This document shows positions 39,933-50,500 of a DNA stretch of 64,000 nucleotides, piece by piece. The translations under genes were made by a program, and so were the position numbers. The notes beneath the pieces are model-generated. The model was not told the DNA's origin. It did no database searches and saw only the letters and a list, made by a program, of their open reading frames with translations. The stretch is from positions 32,001-96,000 of the forward strand of contig CBDBFU010000020.1 in the NCBI GenBank assembly GCA_965205025.1. Direction: 5' to 3'. The first letter of the stretch is position 1. Each line of letters begins with the position of its first letter. The stretch is from Candidatus Poribacteria bacterium (GTDB lineage Bacteria; Poribacteria; WGA-4E; WGA-3G).

Positions 39933-41264
39933 TCATTCATTGTATATCATTGTATTTATATGGTCAACTAAATCTTCCAAAGGTACATCTTTCTGTTGTC
40001 TACTTGAAAGTTCCCGCACTGCAGCTATTCCTGCATCTAATTCATCAGATCCTAATATTACTGCGTAAGGAATACCCTTCGAATCTGCATATTTCAGTTG
40101 TACGCTTATTTTTCCTGGACGGAAATATACCTCTGTCCGAATTCCACCTTTACGCAATTGTGTTGCTAATTTTAGTGATTCATTCATCAAATCATCATCA
40201 AAAACGGTCATTAATACCTGTGTCACTGTTTTACCCACCGTTGATGGAAACATATCGAATTCTTCCATGACATCAATAATCCGTTCTATACCGAAACTTG
40301 TCCCTGTAGCAGGAAAACTCTGTTTACTAAAACTACCAATCAATTCATCATATCTACCACCACCCGTTATACTACCTATCTTCGGTTCTTCAACAACTGT
40401 TTCATAAATAGGTCCTGTGTAGTATTCCAAACCACGTACCATTGCTACATTCACACAAAAAAATTCTTCTGGAACACCGAGTATTGAAATATAATCTATT
40501 AACTCTTTCAAATTTGAAATGCCTTCACGGGCTGTTTCGAAATCGTTGAGTTGATTGCTTAATTCAGATAGAATTGTTTCTGCATCACCTTCAATCTGTA
40601 ACAAAGCAAGTAGTTTTTCAATGACATCTTCAGGGATATTATTTTCTCTTAATTCTGATGTGACCCCATCTATTCCTATCTTATCCAATTTATCTATTGA
40701 TCGGTAAAGTCCTCCTAACTGTTCAGTTGGAACTCCAGCGAATTGTCCAATCCCAGTTATCAATTTTCTCTCATTGATGTTTATCTCAAATTGTTTAAAC
40801 CCAAGTCGAGAAAGTATTTGATATATCAGATTGACATTTTCAGCATCCGCTAACATGCTCTCACTACCAACTGTATCCGCATCACATTGGAAGAACTGAC
40901 GGTAACGACCTTTTTGTGGACGTTCTGCGCGCCACACAGGATCAATTTGATACCTTTTAAAGGGTTTAGGAAGTTGCGGGTACATTGCTACTACCCGACA
41001 TAAAGGAACAGAAAGATCATACCTGAGTGAGATATCTTCTTTACCACCTGTATGTCCTGCTTGATAGATCAACTTCTCTGCATCTGGACCGTATTTTCCT
41101 GTAAGTACTTCAGTTAACTCCATCGCAGGTGTTTGTAATGGTTCAAAACCGAATTCTTCAAATATATCACGAATTACATCAATCACATACAGCCTACGAA
41201 TCATCTGTTCCGGTAAAATATCACGCATACCTCTCGGTACACGTGGTTTTATGAGCTGTGCCAT
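39933..41264 (-). CDS. hisS: Histidine--tRNA ligase
   Basis: PRGMRD, LRYDLSVP, WRAERPQKGRYRQF, RGLEYYTG, GGGRYD, anticodon-binding domain. Confidence 0.97.
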   Translation of the reverse strand: MAQLIKPRVPRGMRDILPEQMIRRLYVIDVIRDIFEEFGFEPLQTPAMELTEVLTGKYGPDAEKLIYQAGHTGGKEDISLRYDLSVPLCRVVAMYPQLPKPFKRYQIDPVWRAERPQKGRYRQFFQCDADTVGSESMLADAENVNLIYQILSRLGFKQFEININERKLITGIGQFAGVPTEQLGGLYRSIDKLDKIGIDGVTSELRENNIPEDVIEKLLALLQIEGDAETILSELSNQLNDFETAREGISNLKELIDYISILGVPEEFFCVNVAMVRGLEYYTGPIYETVVEEPKIGSITGGGRYDELIGSFSKQSFPATGTSFGIERIIDVMEEFDMFPSTVGKTVTQVLMTVFDDDLMNESLKLATQLRKGGIRTEVYFRPGKISVQLKYADSKGIPYAVILGSDELDAGIAAVRELSSRQQKDVPLEDLVDHINTMIYNE

Positions 41265-41276
41265 CAACCCTACTCC

Positions 41277-42047
41277 TTATATATGTCCTGGAAGCCCTTG
41301 ACTTCTACGTCTACGAACACCTTTTTCAAGTGTCTGTTTTAGTTCATCAATTTTTTCACGTTTCCAGGGATCTCTAAGCGATTTAGGATTCGCGATTAAT
41401 GATGATTCTGATTCGCGCAAAACTTCAACAATCTTTAGGTTGTTTGCTTTTAATGTACGAGCTGAACTACAATTATCAATAATCGCATCCGCCTCCTCTG
41501 GTGGTTTTCCTTCTGTTGCCCCAAAAGACAACATCAACATGATTGGTGATTGATAGGTACCAAGAGTATTTAGACGTTTCCACGGGGTTAATATAACGGG
41601 AGCAATTTTGTTTTCTGTTTGTTCAAGAATATATTTCTCGGAAATGTTTAAATACTCAGTCGAGATTCTTATATTTCTATCGGCAAGATTGACCAGATCC
41701 ATAAACGAATTGATATCATCTCTCTCTTCACGCACTGCCAAAACAATACTAACGAATCCGTAATCCAACGGTAAGACCTCCTCAACATTCGCATCTGTTT
41801 CTTCCACCCAATCCTGACCAGTAACACCTAAATCGTAAAAATCATCCATACCTACATAAACTGGAATTTCTTGTGGTCGAGAAACCTTAATTTGGATTTC
41901 TTCATCATTCGTAATTGAAGCACGGTAGGATCTATCAGTTGATTTATATCCATTAATTTCATACCCAGCACGTTGAAACATCTCAAGGGTTTCAGACTGT
42001 ATTGTTCCTTTCGGTAATAGTAAATTTAAAGTCCTTTCTGTCTGCAT
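41277..42047 (-). CDS. hisG: ATP phosphoribosyltransferase without the C-terminal regulatory domain
   Basis: LPKG, RPQEIP, DLGVTGQDW, SFGATE, DAIID. Confidence 0.92.
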   Translation of the reverse strand: MQTERTLNLLLPKGTIQSETLEMFQRAGYEINGYKSTDRSYRASITNDEEIQIKVSRPQEIPVYVGMDDFYDLGVTGQDWVEETDANVEEVLPLDYGFVSIVLAVREERDDINSFMDLVNLADRNIRISTEYLNISEKYILEQTENKIAPVILTPWKRLNTLGTYQSPIMLMLSFGATEGKPPEEADAIIDNCSSARTLKANNLKIVEVLRESESSLIANPKSLRDPWKREKIDELKQTLEKGVRRRRSQGLPGHI

Positions 42048-42094
42048 AATAAAGTATTCCTTTTGTTTCGGTATATCAGCATAATGCTTTCTGG

Positions 42095-43534
42095 TTAGAG
42101 TTCTTCTATTGAAATCTTCTCGATTGATTTAGTTTTTAAATCTATTCGAGTAATTGAATCATCTGCATCTATACGGATGATATAATCGAATTGTGCTTTA
42201 ACCGCATACTCTTGCTGTTCTTCAAAGGTTCGTTTCATTAGGTCAATTTCTACTGTTTTTCCTTGATTTCTTATTGTATCAGCAATTTTATTCACAGAAC
42301 TTAACAAATCATTAGATGTAGAAGTAATAAAATAGTCTTTAGATATTTTAATGTTATTGATAACAATATTTAAGAATGCCTCTACAAGTAAATCAAATTG
42401 GAATGCGAAACCTGCTCCTGGTAGTGAGGGGCCTCCAAAACTTTCAATCAATCTATCGTACCTACCACCCCCACAGATTGCTAAATTCTTTTCTGAATCT
42501 TCAATTTGAAAAACTGTACCTGTATAGAAATCAAATCCTCGGGTAATTCCCAAATTAATCTTATAGTCAGTTATACCATTGTTTTGCAGATAATTACATA
42601 ATGAAGTTAATTCCATATAGGATTGTGTAGAAATGTCATCTAATTCTTTGCCATATTCAGAAACAACAGCGTCTTTATCACCATTAATTTTTGAGATATT
42701 AATACATTTTTGTGCCATCTCTTGTGATATATCGTAATAACGGTTCCACCTGGAAATATACGTTTCCTCTGCAATTGCAGGTAGATTGTTTTTCCATTCA
42801 TCAGAATTACTCGCTGACAAGTCTTGTATGATGTCCATATCAATTTTGAATTCACCTTGATAATCTGCCCCTTGAGAACGACGTAACATATTCAATTCAT
42901 CACGTAGAGTTTCAAGATTCATTATATCGTTTTCTATACGAACTCGTGAAAGATGGTCTATATCCAAGATGACTTCACTCTGGTCTTTTGGATCAAGATC
43001 CAATTTCTCTAATAAATGTCTAAGTAATCCAGTATTCCCTATAACTAATTGAGTATTATCAATATTTAACTTCTCAAGTATTCTGACAGGAATAGTAATC
43101 ACCTCTGCATCAGCTAAAGTAGATTCTGATCCAATTAGTTCTATTCCCGCTTGCCGAAATTCTCTTCGAATGTCTTCATTATTTGTTTTCGGCTCTTGTC
43201 GTACACATTGTCCAATATAATAAAGTTTATATGGATATGGATAATCATCTAAATCCCCATTTGCAATAATTCGACAAACAGGAGCTGTTAGTTCAGGTCT
43301 TAATGCATAGTCAACCCGATCAGGACCAACGAAAGTAAACATCTTATGCCGTATTTCTTCTCCTGCTTGGGCTGAAAGCAGTGAGAATGATTCATATAAT
43401 GGAGTCTGAATCTGTGAAAATCCATAACTTTCAAAGGTATCACGTATTATCTTTTCCACATAATTTCGTTGAACCATCTGTTCAGGTAAAAAATCGTTAG
43501 TTCCTATCGGTCTTATAAACGTCTCCATAGTCAT
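42095..43534 (-). CDS. hisZ: HisZ-like HisRS paralog (ATP-PRT regulatory subunit) retaining a C-terminal anticodon-binding-like domain
   Basis: LRPELTAP, degenerate motif 2 VRQEPKTNNEDIRREFRQAGIE, RGFDFYTG, GGGRYD; directly upstream of a short hisG. Confidence 0.72.
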   Translation of the reverse strand: MTMETFIRPIGTNDFLPEQMVQRNYVEKIIRDTFESYGFSQIQTPLYESFSLLSAQAGEEIRHKMFTFVGPDRVDYALRPELTAPVCRIIANGDLDDYPYPYKLYYIGQCVRQEPKTNNEDIRREFRQAGIELIGSESTLADAEVITIPVRILEKLNIDNTQLVIGNTGLLRHLLEKLDLDPKDQSEVILDIDHLSRVRIENDIMNLETLRDELNMLRRSQGADYQGEFKIDMDIIQDLSASNSDEWKNNLPAIAEETYISRWNRYYDISQEMAQKCINISKINGDKDAVVSEYGKELDDISTQSYMELTSLCNYLQNNGITDYKINLGITRGFDFYTGTVFQIEDSEKNLAICGGGRYDRLIESFGGPSLPGAGFAFQFDLLVEAFLNIVINNIKISKDYFITSTSNDLLSSVNKIADTIRNQGKTVEIDLMKRTFEEQQEYAVKAQFDYIIRIDADDSITRIDLKTKSIEKISIEEL

Positions 43535-43630
43535 TACTCCTCAAATTAGCAATATTATCCTCCATTACTTCTATTTGATTCTGAGAAATGGAATATTTAA
43601 CATTGGCTCGAATTAAGTTGTCTTTTAAAC

Positions 43631-43710
43631 AAAAAACCCGGTAAACAGGGTGCTCTTTAGGCACTACGAATGCATATAATGCACGTAGGAGAGCGGTTAG
43701 TTTACCAGGG
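43631..43710 (-). terminator. Attenuator terminator of the his leader
   Basis: Minus strand CCCTGGTAAAC...GTTTACCGGG-TTTTTT with nested stems GCTCT/AGAGC, CTACG/CGTAG, TGCAT/ATGCA. Confidence 0.75.
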
Positions 43711-43782
43711 AATCTTTTGCAAGTATTCTTACAATTAGTCCACTATGATGTATGTTTACTTCATCATTCTAATCCGCCCAAC

Positions 43783-43827
43783 TCAGGAATGGACAGAATG
43801 ATGATGTATATAGAGTATTATTTTCAT
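43783..43827 (-). CDS. Histidine leader peptide MKIILYIHHHSVHS
   Basis: ATG AAA ATA ATA CTC TAT ATA CAT CAT CAT TCT GTC CAT TCC TGA: 4 His codons, between a promoter and a terminator upstream of his genes; no obvious SD sequence. Confidence 0.8.
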   Translation of the reverse strand: MKIILYIHHHSVHS

Positions 43828-43865
43828 AGATATATTAAATGTCAGAAACTAATTTTACCATATCA

Positions 43866-43894
43866 ATTATACATGGTTAATTTGTTTAAGTCAA
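43866..43894 (-). promoter_or_regulatory. Sigma70-type promoter of the his leader/operon
   Basis: TTGACT-17 bp-TATAAT on the minus strand. Confidence 0.78.
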
Positions 43895-43954
43895 AAATTA
43901 ATTAGGATTTGACTTATTTCTATAATCATGCCAAATTAATTCTATATTTTAGAA

Positions 43955-44611
43955 ATGGAGTTTATGATGGGATTTCCTGTATACGATTATCGCAAAGATA
44001 TAAAAAATGTTCTTGTTACACCACAAATCCGTTCCCGTTTTCTAAAGATGGAACCTGGACAATCTGCCCAACTTCATAGTCACGATCTTGGTCATGAGAT
44101 ATTCCTAATTTTGGAAGGACGAGTGGAGTTTGAAATAGAGGGTGAAACCGAGGAATTAGGTCCAGGACAAATGTGTATCGCCTTAGTAGATCAACCACAT
44201 AAAGTACGTGTCCTCGGGGATGAACCGATGACAATGTACCTGTCAGTTACACCTCATATTCATCCGACACATACACCACGAAATGATGATGGTGAACGAC
44301 TACCACATAATTATGCTCCGTCAAGTGCCTATGATGTAGAACCTGATATGCAGGTAACTGTTTCTGAATTGGTTTCTCGTCAGATACATGCTGCGAATCT
44401 CCTTGCAGAACTATCAGCAACTTGTGCAAAAGTACAAAAGGAGATGGGAGAACAATTAATGACTGCACTTAGCGATGAAAATAAACAGAATGTAATTGAT
44501 ACACGTGAAACAATGTGGGAGTCGCTCTATCCAGTATTTAAAGCCGTATCAGAATTAGGTGAAATATGGAATCAGCTTGCACCTCGTTTATCTGATAAGG
44601 AGAATATTTAA
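43955..44611 (+). CDS. Cupin domain protein
   Basis: LHSHDLGHEIFLILEG...PH metal-binding motifs; true start may be ATG 43967. Confidence 0.88.
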   Translation: MEFMMGFPVYDYRKDIKNVLVTPQIRSRFLKMEPGQSAQLHSHDLGHEIFLILEGRVEFEIEGETEELGPGQMCIALVDQPHKVRVLGDEPMTMYLSVTPHIHPTHTPRNDDGERLPHNYAPSSAYDVEPDMQVTVSELVSRQIHAANLLAELSATCAKVQKEMGEQLMTALSDENKQNVIDTRETMWESLYPVFKAVSELGEIWNQLAPRLSDKENI

Positions 44612-44698
44612 TTTGCGTAAATTCTCGGTTGTATGTTATAATTACGCTAAAGTTTAACCCGAATTTCACAAGATTCATCATTTGAAAACGTAATTGAC

Positions 44699-44727
44699 TT
44701 GACAACGTTTATACTTATGGATAAACT
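44699..44727 (+). promoter_or_regulatory. Sigma70-type promoter
   Basis: TTGACA-17 bp-TAAACT, ~215 nt upstream of the spondin-domain gene. Confidence 0.6.
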
Positions 44728-44942
44728 TGTTATTAAATACCTTAGTCAGGTGATGATAATTTAGTACGTAATATATCTAAGTCACGTCATGCGTATTGCC
44801 TATGACAGATATATGTAGCGCGTTAAGAAGAATCGTGAATTGAGTCTCTCAGTGTTACCTCTCCTCTTAAGGTTAAGAGACTTAGACTTGTATCGTATAG
44901 GTAGAGTTAATTACAAAGTTAATGATTTTTAAGGAGTTTTAT

Positions 44943-47402
44943 ATGAATATTCAGCTTAACAATAGGAAAATACTGTTTTCCCTATTGGCTGTTATAATGT
45001 GTTTTGGAATTACAGCGTATAGTTACGGCGCAGCTACCGTATCTATCGACCCCGCCACTCAAGAATCCCCTGCTGTTGGCGAAGAACTTACCATTAATAT
45101 TAATATTGCTGGTGGTGAAGGCGTAGCCGGTGGCCAAGCAACGGTTAATTATGATAATACTGCCCTTGAATATGTCTCCGCTGCAAAAGGTGATTATCTT
45201 CCCGGTGATCCAGCTGCAGGAACGTTCTTTCCAGTAATTAAACCTGGTGATTCGAACATAACAGTAGGTGGAACTTCAATTGGAGCAGGAACAGCAAGCG
45301 GAGATGGTACACTTGCTACTGTTACATTTAAGGTAATTGAAGTTAAGGCATCAGCTATTACTTTGTCAGGTGTAGTTATTTCTGATGCTGCAGCAAATGA
45401 ATTGGAAGTCACAACTGCAGATGGTGAAATAACAGTTCCTGCACCCACCGATGATGGTACTACAGATGATGGCACCACCGATGATGGTACTACAGATGAT
45501 GGTACTACAGATGACGGTACTACAGATGACGGTACCACCGATGATGGTACTACAGATGACGGCACTACAGATGACGGTACCACCGATGATGGCACCACAG
45601 ATGATACGATGGTCGACGATACTGATGATACGATGGTCGACGATACCGATGATACGATGGTCGATGATACTGATGATACGATGGTCGACGATACCGATGA
45701 TACGATGGTCGACGATACTGATGATACGATGGTCGACGATACCGATGATACGATGGTCGACGATACCGATGATACGATGGTCGTTCCCGATCCTCAAGTT
45801 TTTAAGATTACCCTCACAAACCTCACATCTGGTGAACCAGGAGTAGGTGGTCAAATCTTCTCACCTCCCATCTTCGCATCACATCTTGCAGGAGCAAGAA
45901 TATATACCCTTGGTGAACCTGCATCTGAAGCAATGGTCTTACTTGCTGAAAATGGTGACCGATCAGGACTCGCTGCTATAGCAACCGCTGCTGGTGCTAC
46001 ACCAGTTATGCCAGACGGATTTGTCTTTCCTGGTACATCTGTTACTGTGATGGTCTCCGCAGATGCTGTAAATTCTGCTCTTTCGTTTGCAACTATGTTG
46101 GTTTCAACAAATGATGCTTTTATTGGAGCAACTAATGTCGCTCTTTATGATGAAGCAGGTATGCCTATTACAACGACTATTCCTCTGATGTCTTATGATG
46201 CAGGTAGTGAACAGAATACTGAACGTGCATCTGATATACCCGGACCAATCGGTTTAGGACCAGACGAAGATCCTGAAGGTACTAATGAACGTGTTCCTAC
46301 AGAAGGTGGCGTCATCACACCTCATGCCGGTATTTTGGGTGTTGGAGAAGTCGCAGAATCATTTGGTTGGACTGAACCCACAGCAACACTTATGATCGAA
46401 CCTTACGTCCCAGAACCGGAACCAGAACCAGAACCCGTCATACCAACTTACGACGTTATGCTTGAAGCTGGTTTGAATATGATTTCTGTTCCTTTAATGC
46501 CAACCGAACCTTATACAGCTAAATCTCTTGCTGAATTAGTTGGTGCTACAGTTGTTATCAAATTAGATCCAGTATCACAAAGTTTCGTCGGTTATGTCGT
46601 CGTTGAAGAAGATGATGGCTTCGGAATTGAAGGTGGACAAGGTTATATCGTTAATAAACTTGAAGCGGGAATGGTACAATTTTCAGGTAATGCATGGTCT
46701 AATCCTTCAACAGAAATGATGGATGATGAGACTATGATGGATGATGAGACTATGATGGATGATACAGCCGCTGCACCATCACTTTCAATTTTGAAAAATG
46801 CTTGGGCATTTATTGTCTCAAGTGAATTGAAAGAGATGCAACCTGGAATGTCTTATATAGTCGTTGCTAAGAATCTTCGTACTGGAACTGTTGCTACAGA
46901 AAAAGTTACAGGTGAAGATGGAAGTGTCTCTGCTGTTTGGGCAGACTTGAATCGTAAGAGTGTTGTTGAAGCTGGCGACAAAATTGAGATCTCTCTACTT
47001 GATCAAGAGGGAACAATTGTATCCGGTCCTTTCCAACGTACAGTCCAAACTTCAGATATTCATAATGCCTATCTCACAGTACAATTACGGGTTGGTGATG
47101 TCCGTCCACAAGAAACTATTCTTGGACAAAACTTCCCTAATCCATTCAACCCAGAAACTTGGATTCCATATCAATTGAGTAAGGATTCTACTGTATCAAT
47201 CTCAATATTTAATGTTTCTGGACACATCGTACGTTCAATTGACTTAGGTCATCAGTCAGTAGGTTCATACATGCAACCTTCGACTGCAGCTTATTGGGAT
47301 GGCAAAAACGACGCTGGCGAGGCTGTTTCGAGTGGTATTTACTTCTATACACTCCAAACAAATAACTTCTCAGCTACCCGTCGTATGGTTATCTTGAAGT
47401 AA
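44943..47402 (+). CDS. Secreted cohesin + acidic repeat linker + Spondin_N domain + FlgD-Ig/T9SS-like C-terminal protein
   Basis: AAGGAG RBS; cohesin-like VNYDNTALEYVS...GDGTLATVTFKV; Spondin_N motifs FSPPIFASH, LAENGD, LSFATMLVSTNDAF, YDAGSE; NFPNPFNPETW tail. Confidence 0.88.
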   Translation: MNIQLNNRKILFSLLAVIMCFGITAYSYGAATVSIDPATQESPAVGEELTININIAGGEGVAGGQATVNYDNTALEYVSAAKGDYLPGDPAAGTFFPVIKPGDSNITVGGTSIGAGTASGDGTLATVTFKVIEVKASAITLSGVVISDAAANELEVTTADGEITVPAPTDDGTTDDGTTDDGTTDDGTTDDGTTDDGTTDDGTTDDGTTDDGTTDDGTTDDTMVDDTDDTMVDDTDDTMVDDTDDTMVDDTDDTMVDDTDDTMVDDTDDTMVDDTDDTMVVPDPQVFKITLTNLTSGEPGVGGQIFSPPIFASHLAGARIYTLGEPASEAMVLLAENGDRSGLAAIATAAGATPVMPDGFVFPGTSVTVMVSADAVNSALSFATMLVSTNDAFIGATNVALYDEAGMPITTTIPLMSYDAGSEQNTERASDIPGPIGLGPDEDPEGTNERVPTEGGVITPHAGILGVGEVAESFGWTEPTATLMIEPYVPEPEPEPEPVIPTYDVMLEAGLNMISVPLMPTEPYTAKSLAELVGATVVIKLDPVSQSFVGYVVVEEDDGFGIEGGQGYIVNKLEAGMVQFSGNAWSNPSTEMMDDETMMDDETMMDDTAAAPSLSILKNAWAFIVSSELKEMQPGMSYIVVAKNLRTGTVATEKVTGEDGSVSAVWADLNRKSVVEAGDKIEISLLDQEGTIVSGPFQRTVQTSDIHNAYLTVQLRVGDVRPQETILGQNFPNPFNPETWIPYQLSKDSTVSISIFNVSGHIVRSIDLGHQSVGSYMQPSTAAYWDGKNDAGEAVSSGIYFYTLQTNNFSATRRMVILK
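45447..45783 (+). repeat. Intragenic tandem repeats: 15-nt (TDDGT) x~10 then 24-nt (DDTMVDDT) x~7.5
   Basis: Direct reading of gatgatggtactaca-type and gatgatacgatggtcgacgatac-type units. Confidence 0.95.
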
Positions 47403-47425
47403 GTTTAAGTAATTAGACATATATA

Positions 47426-47495
47426 AAAACGCCCCGACTGCCGGTTTTCCGACTGCAAATCTATACCGATTAGCGTCGGCGGTGGGGCGTTTTTT
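47426..47495 (+). terminator. Intrinsic (probably bidirectional) terminator with a large loop
   Basis: aaaacgcccc-g-actgccg...cggcggt-ggggcgttttt after the stop at 47402. Confidence 0.7.
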
Positions 47496-47525
47496 ACGTA
47501 TATGTGAAGGGATCTCATTTATTCT

Positions 47526-50500
47526 ATGAAATACATATATTCTGTTTCTCTCTTACTGTTATTCTCATTGATTGCAAATAGTCATGTATTTGCTTTTTCA
47601 AATGGTCCTCCAGATGGAAGGACTGGTGGTCCAAATGAACTTACTTGTGCTACTGCTGGTTGTCATTTGGGTAAATCGTTAAATTCTGCAGGTGGCTCAT
47701 TAGTATTGACAGTTCCTGAAACTTATATGCCAGGTATGGTCTATGATATTATTGTTGAATTAAGACGATCCGGTCAATCCAAATGGGGGTTTGAGATGAC
47801 CGCACTCAATAGTAAGAATGACCGTGCTGGCACATTCTCTAAAATAGATGGCAATACACAAACCTCAGGAGAAGACACTGATCGACAATATATAAAACAT
47901 ACATTTGCGGGAAACGCCAATGGGAAACAGAACTCTAATAGCTGGCGCTTTAAATGGACTGCACCTGATTCAAATGTAGGACCAATTACCTTCTATACAG
48001 CAGGAAATGCATCTAATGGAAATTTTAATCCTGCTGATGATTATATTTATACACAGGAGGCAACATCAGAAGTTGTAACCCACGGTGTAACAATTACCAG
48101 TGATGAAATCAGAAAAGAAACAACCGATGCAAATACTGGAGTAGAATATACACTCAAGGTAACTAATACTGGTAATGTTGAGGATACGATACAACTCGGC
48201 TCATCTGCTGAGTTCGGAATTGGTGGAGCTTTTCTCGGTTCATTTAAAAGAGAAAATTCTCAAGATACACCAACATCCCAGTTAGAAATAACACTTGATC
48301 CAGGAGAAACAACTGATGTCATCTTCATCGCTTCTGGTGATTTACTTACAAAACCAGGGGTTTATCCAATCATAGTAACTGCATCATCTAAAGGTAATCC
48401 TACAAAAACTGCTAAGATTAACACAATTACAAAAATTGAAGCAGTCTACGGTGTATCAATAACAGGTATCGGTGATTTGACTCAGGAAATTGATGATGCG
48501 AGTTCAGGTGTAAATTATACCCTCCGAATAACGAATACTGGAAATGATAGAGATAGGATTCGTCTATCTACAACAGGTGATATTACTGCCGCATTGAGCA
48601 GTAACATTGTAATTCTTGAATCTGGTGCATCAAGGAATATCACTCTTTCTATTCCAAGTAATTCACTTTCCCGGGCAGGTGAATATTCCATAAAGGTCAC
48701 TGCTACATCCCAAGGTGATTTAGCCAAGACAGCAGAAATATCCACGACGACATCAATCCTACCTGTTTATGGTGTTAGTTTGGTAGGAATAGGTGATCTG
48801 ACATCTGAAACATCTGATGCAAGCGATGGTGTTAGTTACAAGTTTTCATTATCAAATACTGGGAATACAGATGATATACTTGCTTTATCCATCTCAGGTG
48901 ATGTCTCTGGTACATTAAGTCAAACAACGGTATCACTATCTTATGGAACTTCAAAGGATATTACCTTAACAATCCCTGGTTCGGTATTAGCAAAAGCAGG
49001 AGATTATACTGTAAAGGTCACTGCTACATCCCAAGGTAATTTAACCAAGACAGCAGAAATAACCACGACGACAACGATCCTACCTGTTTATGGTGTTAGT
49101 TTGGTAGGAATAGGTGATCTGACATCTGAAACATCTGATGCAAGCGATGGTGTTAGTTACAAGTTTTCATTATCAAATACTGGGAATACAGATGATATAC
49201 TTGCTTTATCCATCTCAGGTGATGTCTCTGATACATTAAGTCAAACAACGGTATCACTATCTTATGGAACTTCAAAGGATATTACCTTAACAATCCCTGG
49301 TTCGGTATTAGCAAAAGCAGGAGATTATACTGTAAAGGTCACTGCTACATCCCAAGGTAATTTAGCCAAGACAGCAGAAATATCCACGACGACATCAATC
49401 CTTCCTGTTTATGGTGTTAGTTTGGTAGGTATAGGTGATCTGACATCTGAGACAACTGATGCAAGCGATGGTGTTAGTTACAAGTTTACAATATCTAACA
49501 CTGGGAATACAGATGATATACTTGCTTTATCCATCTCAGGGGATGTCTCTGGTACATTAAGTCAGACAACGGTATCACTATCTTATGGAACTTCAAAGGA
49601 TATTACCTTAACAATCCCTGGTTCGGTATTAGCAAAAGCAGGAGATTATACTGTAAAGGTCACTGCCACATCCCAAGGTGATTTAGCCAAGACAGCAGAA
49701 ATATCCACGATGACATCAATCCTTCCAGTTTATGGTGTTAGTTTGGTAGGAATAGGGGATCTGACATCTGAAACATCTGATGCAAGTGATGGTGTTAGTT
49801 ATAAATTCACTGTTACAAACACTGGAAATACAGATGATACTATTCGCTTATCTTCATCTGGGGATGTAGCATCTACATTGAGCCAAACCTCTGTATCACT
49901 TGCTTCTGGTATTTCATCGGAAATCACACTTACAATTAACGGAGCATCCCTTGTAAGTGCTGGTGATTATGTAGTCAAAGTTGCGGCAACTTCTCAGGGT
50001 GATATTGAAAAGATTGCCGAACTAACAACTACAACTAAAATCCTTCCTGTTTATGGTGTTAGATTAGTAGGAATAGGCGATCTGACATTTGAGACAACTG
50101 ATGCAAGTGATGGTGTTAGTTATAAATTCACTGTTACAAACACTGGGAATACAGATGATACTATTCGCTTATCTTCATCTGGGGATGTAGCATCTACATT
50201 GAGCCAAACCTCTGTATCACTTGCTTCTGGTATTTCATCGGAAATCACACTTACAATTAACGGAGCATCCCTTGTAAGTGCTGGTGATTATGTAGTCAAA
50301 GTTTCGGCAACTTCTCAGGGTGATATTGAAAAGATTGCTGAACTAACAACTACAACCACAATACTTCCTATTTACGGTGTTATCTTAGGAGGTGTAGGTA
50401 ATTTGATTACAGAGACAACTGATGCAGGTGATGGTGTCAGTTATACATTCACTGTTACAAACATTGGAAATACAGATGATATTATAAATTTATCTTCATC

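Noticed and set aside
44760-44890. Riboswitch in the long 5' leader of the spondin gene
   Set aside because: Only one short inverted repeat (agtctct/agagact) and no recognisable aptamer or second copy
45194-45854. Overlapping ORFs encoding VVPSS, DHRII or MMVLQ repeats
   Set aside because: Shadow frames of the stop-free tandem repeats inside the real gene
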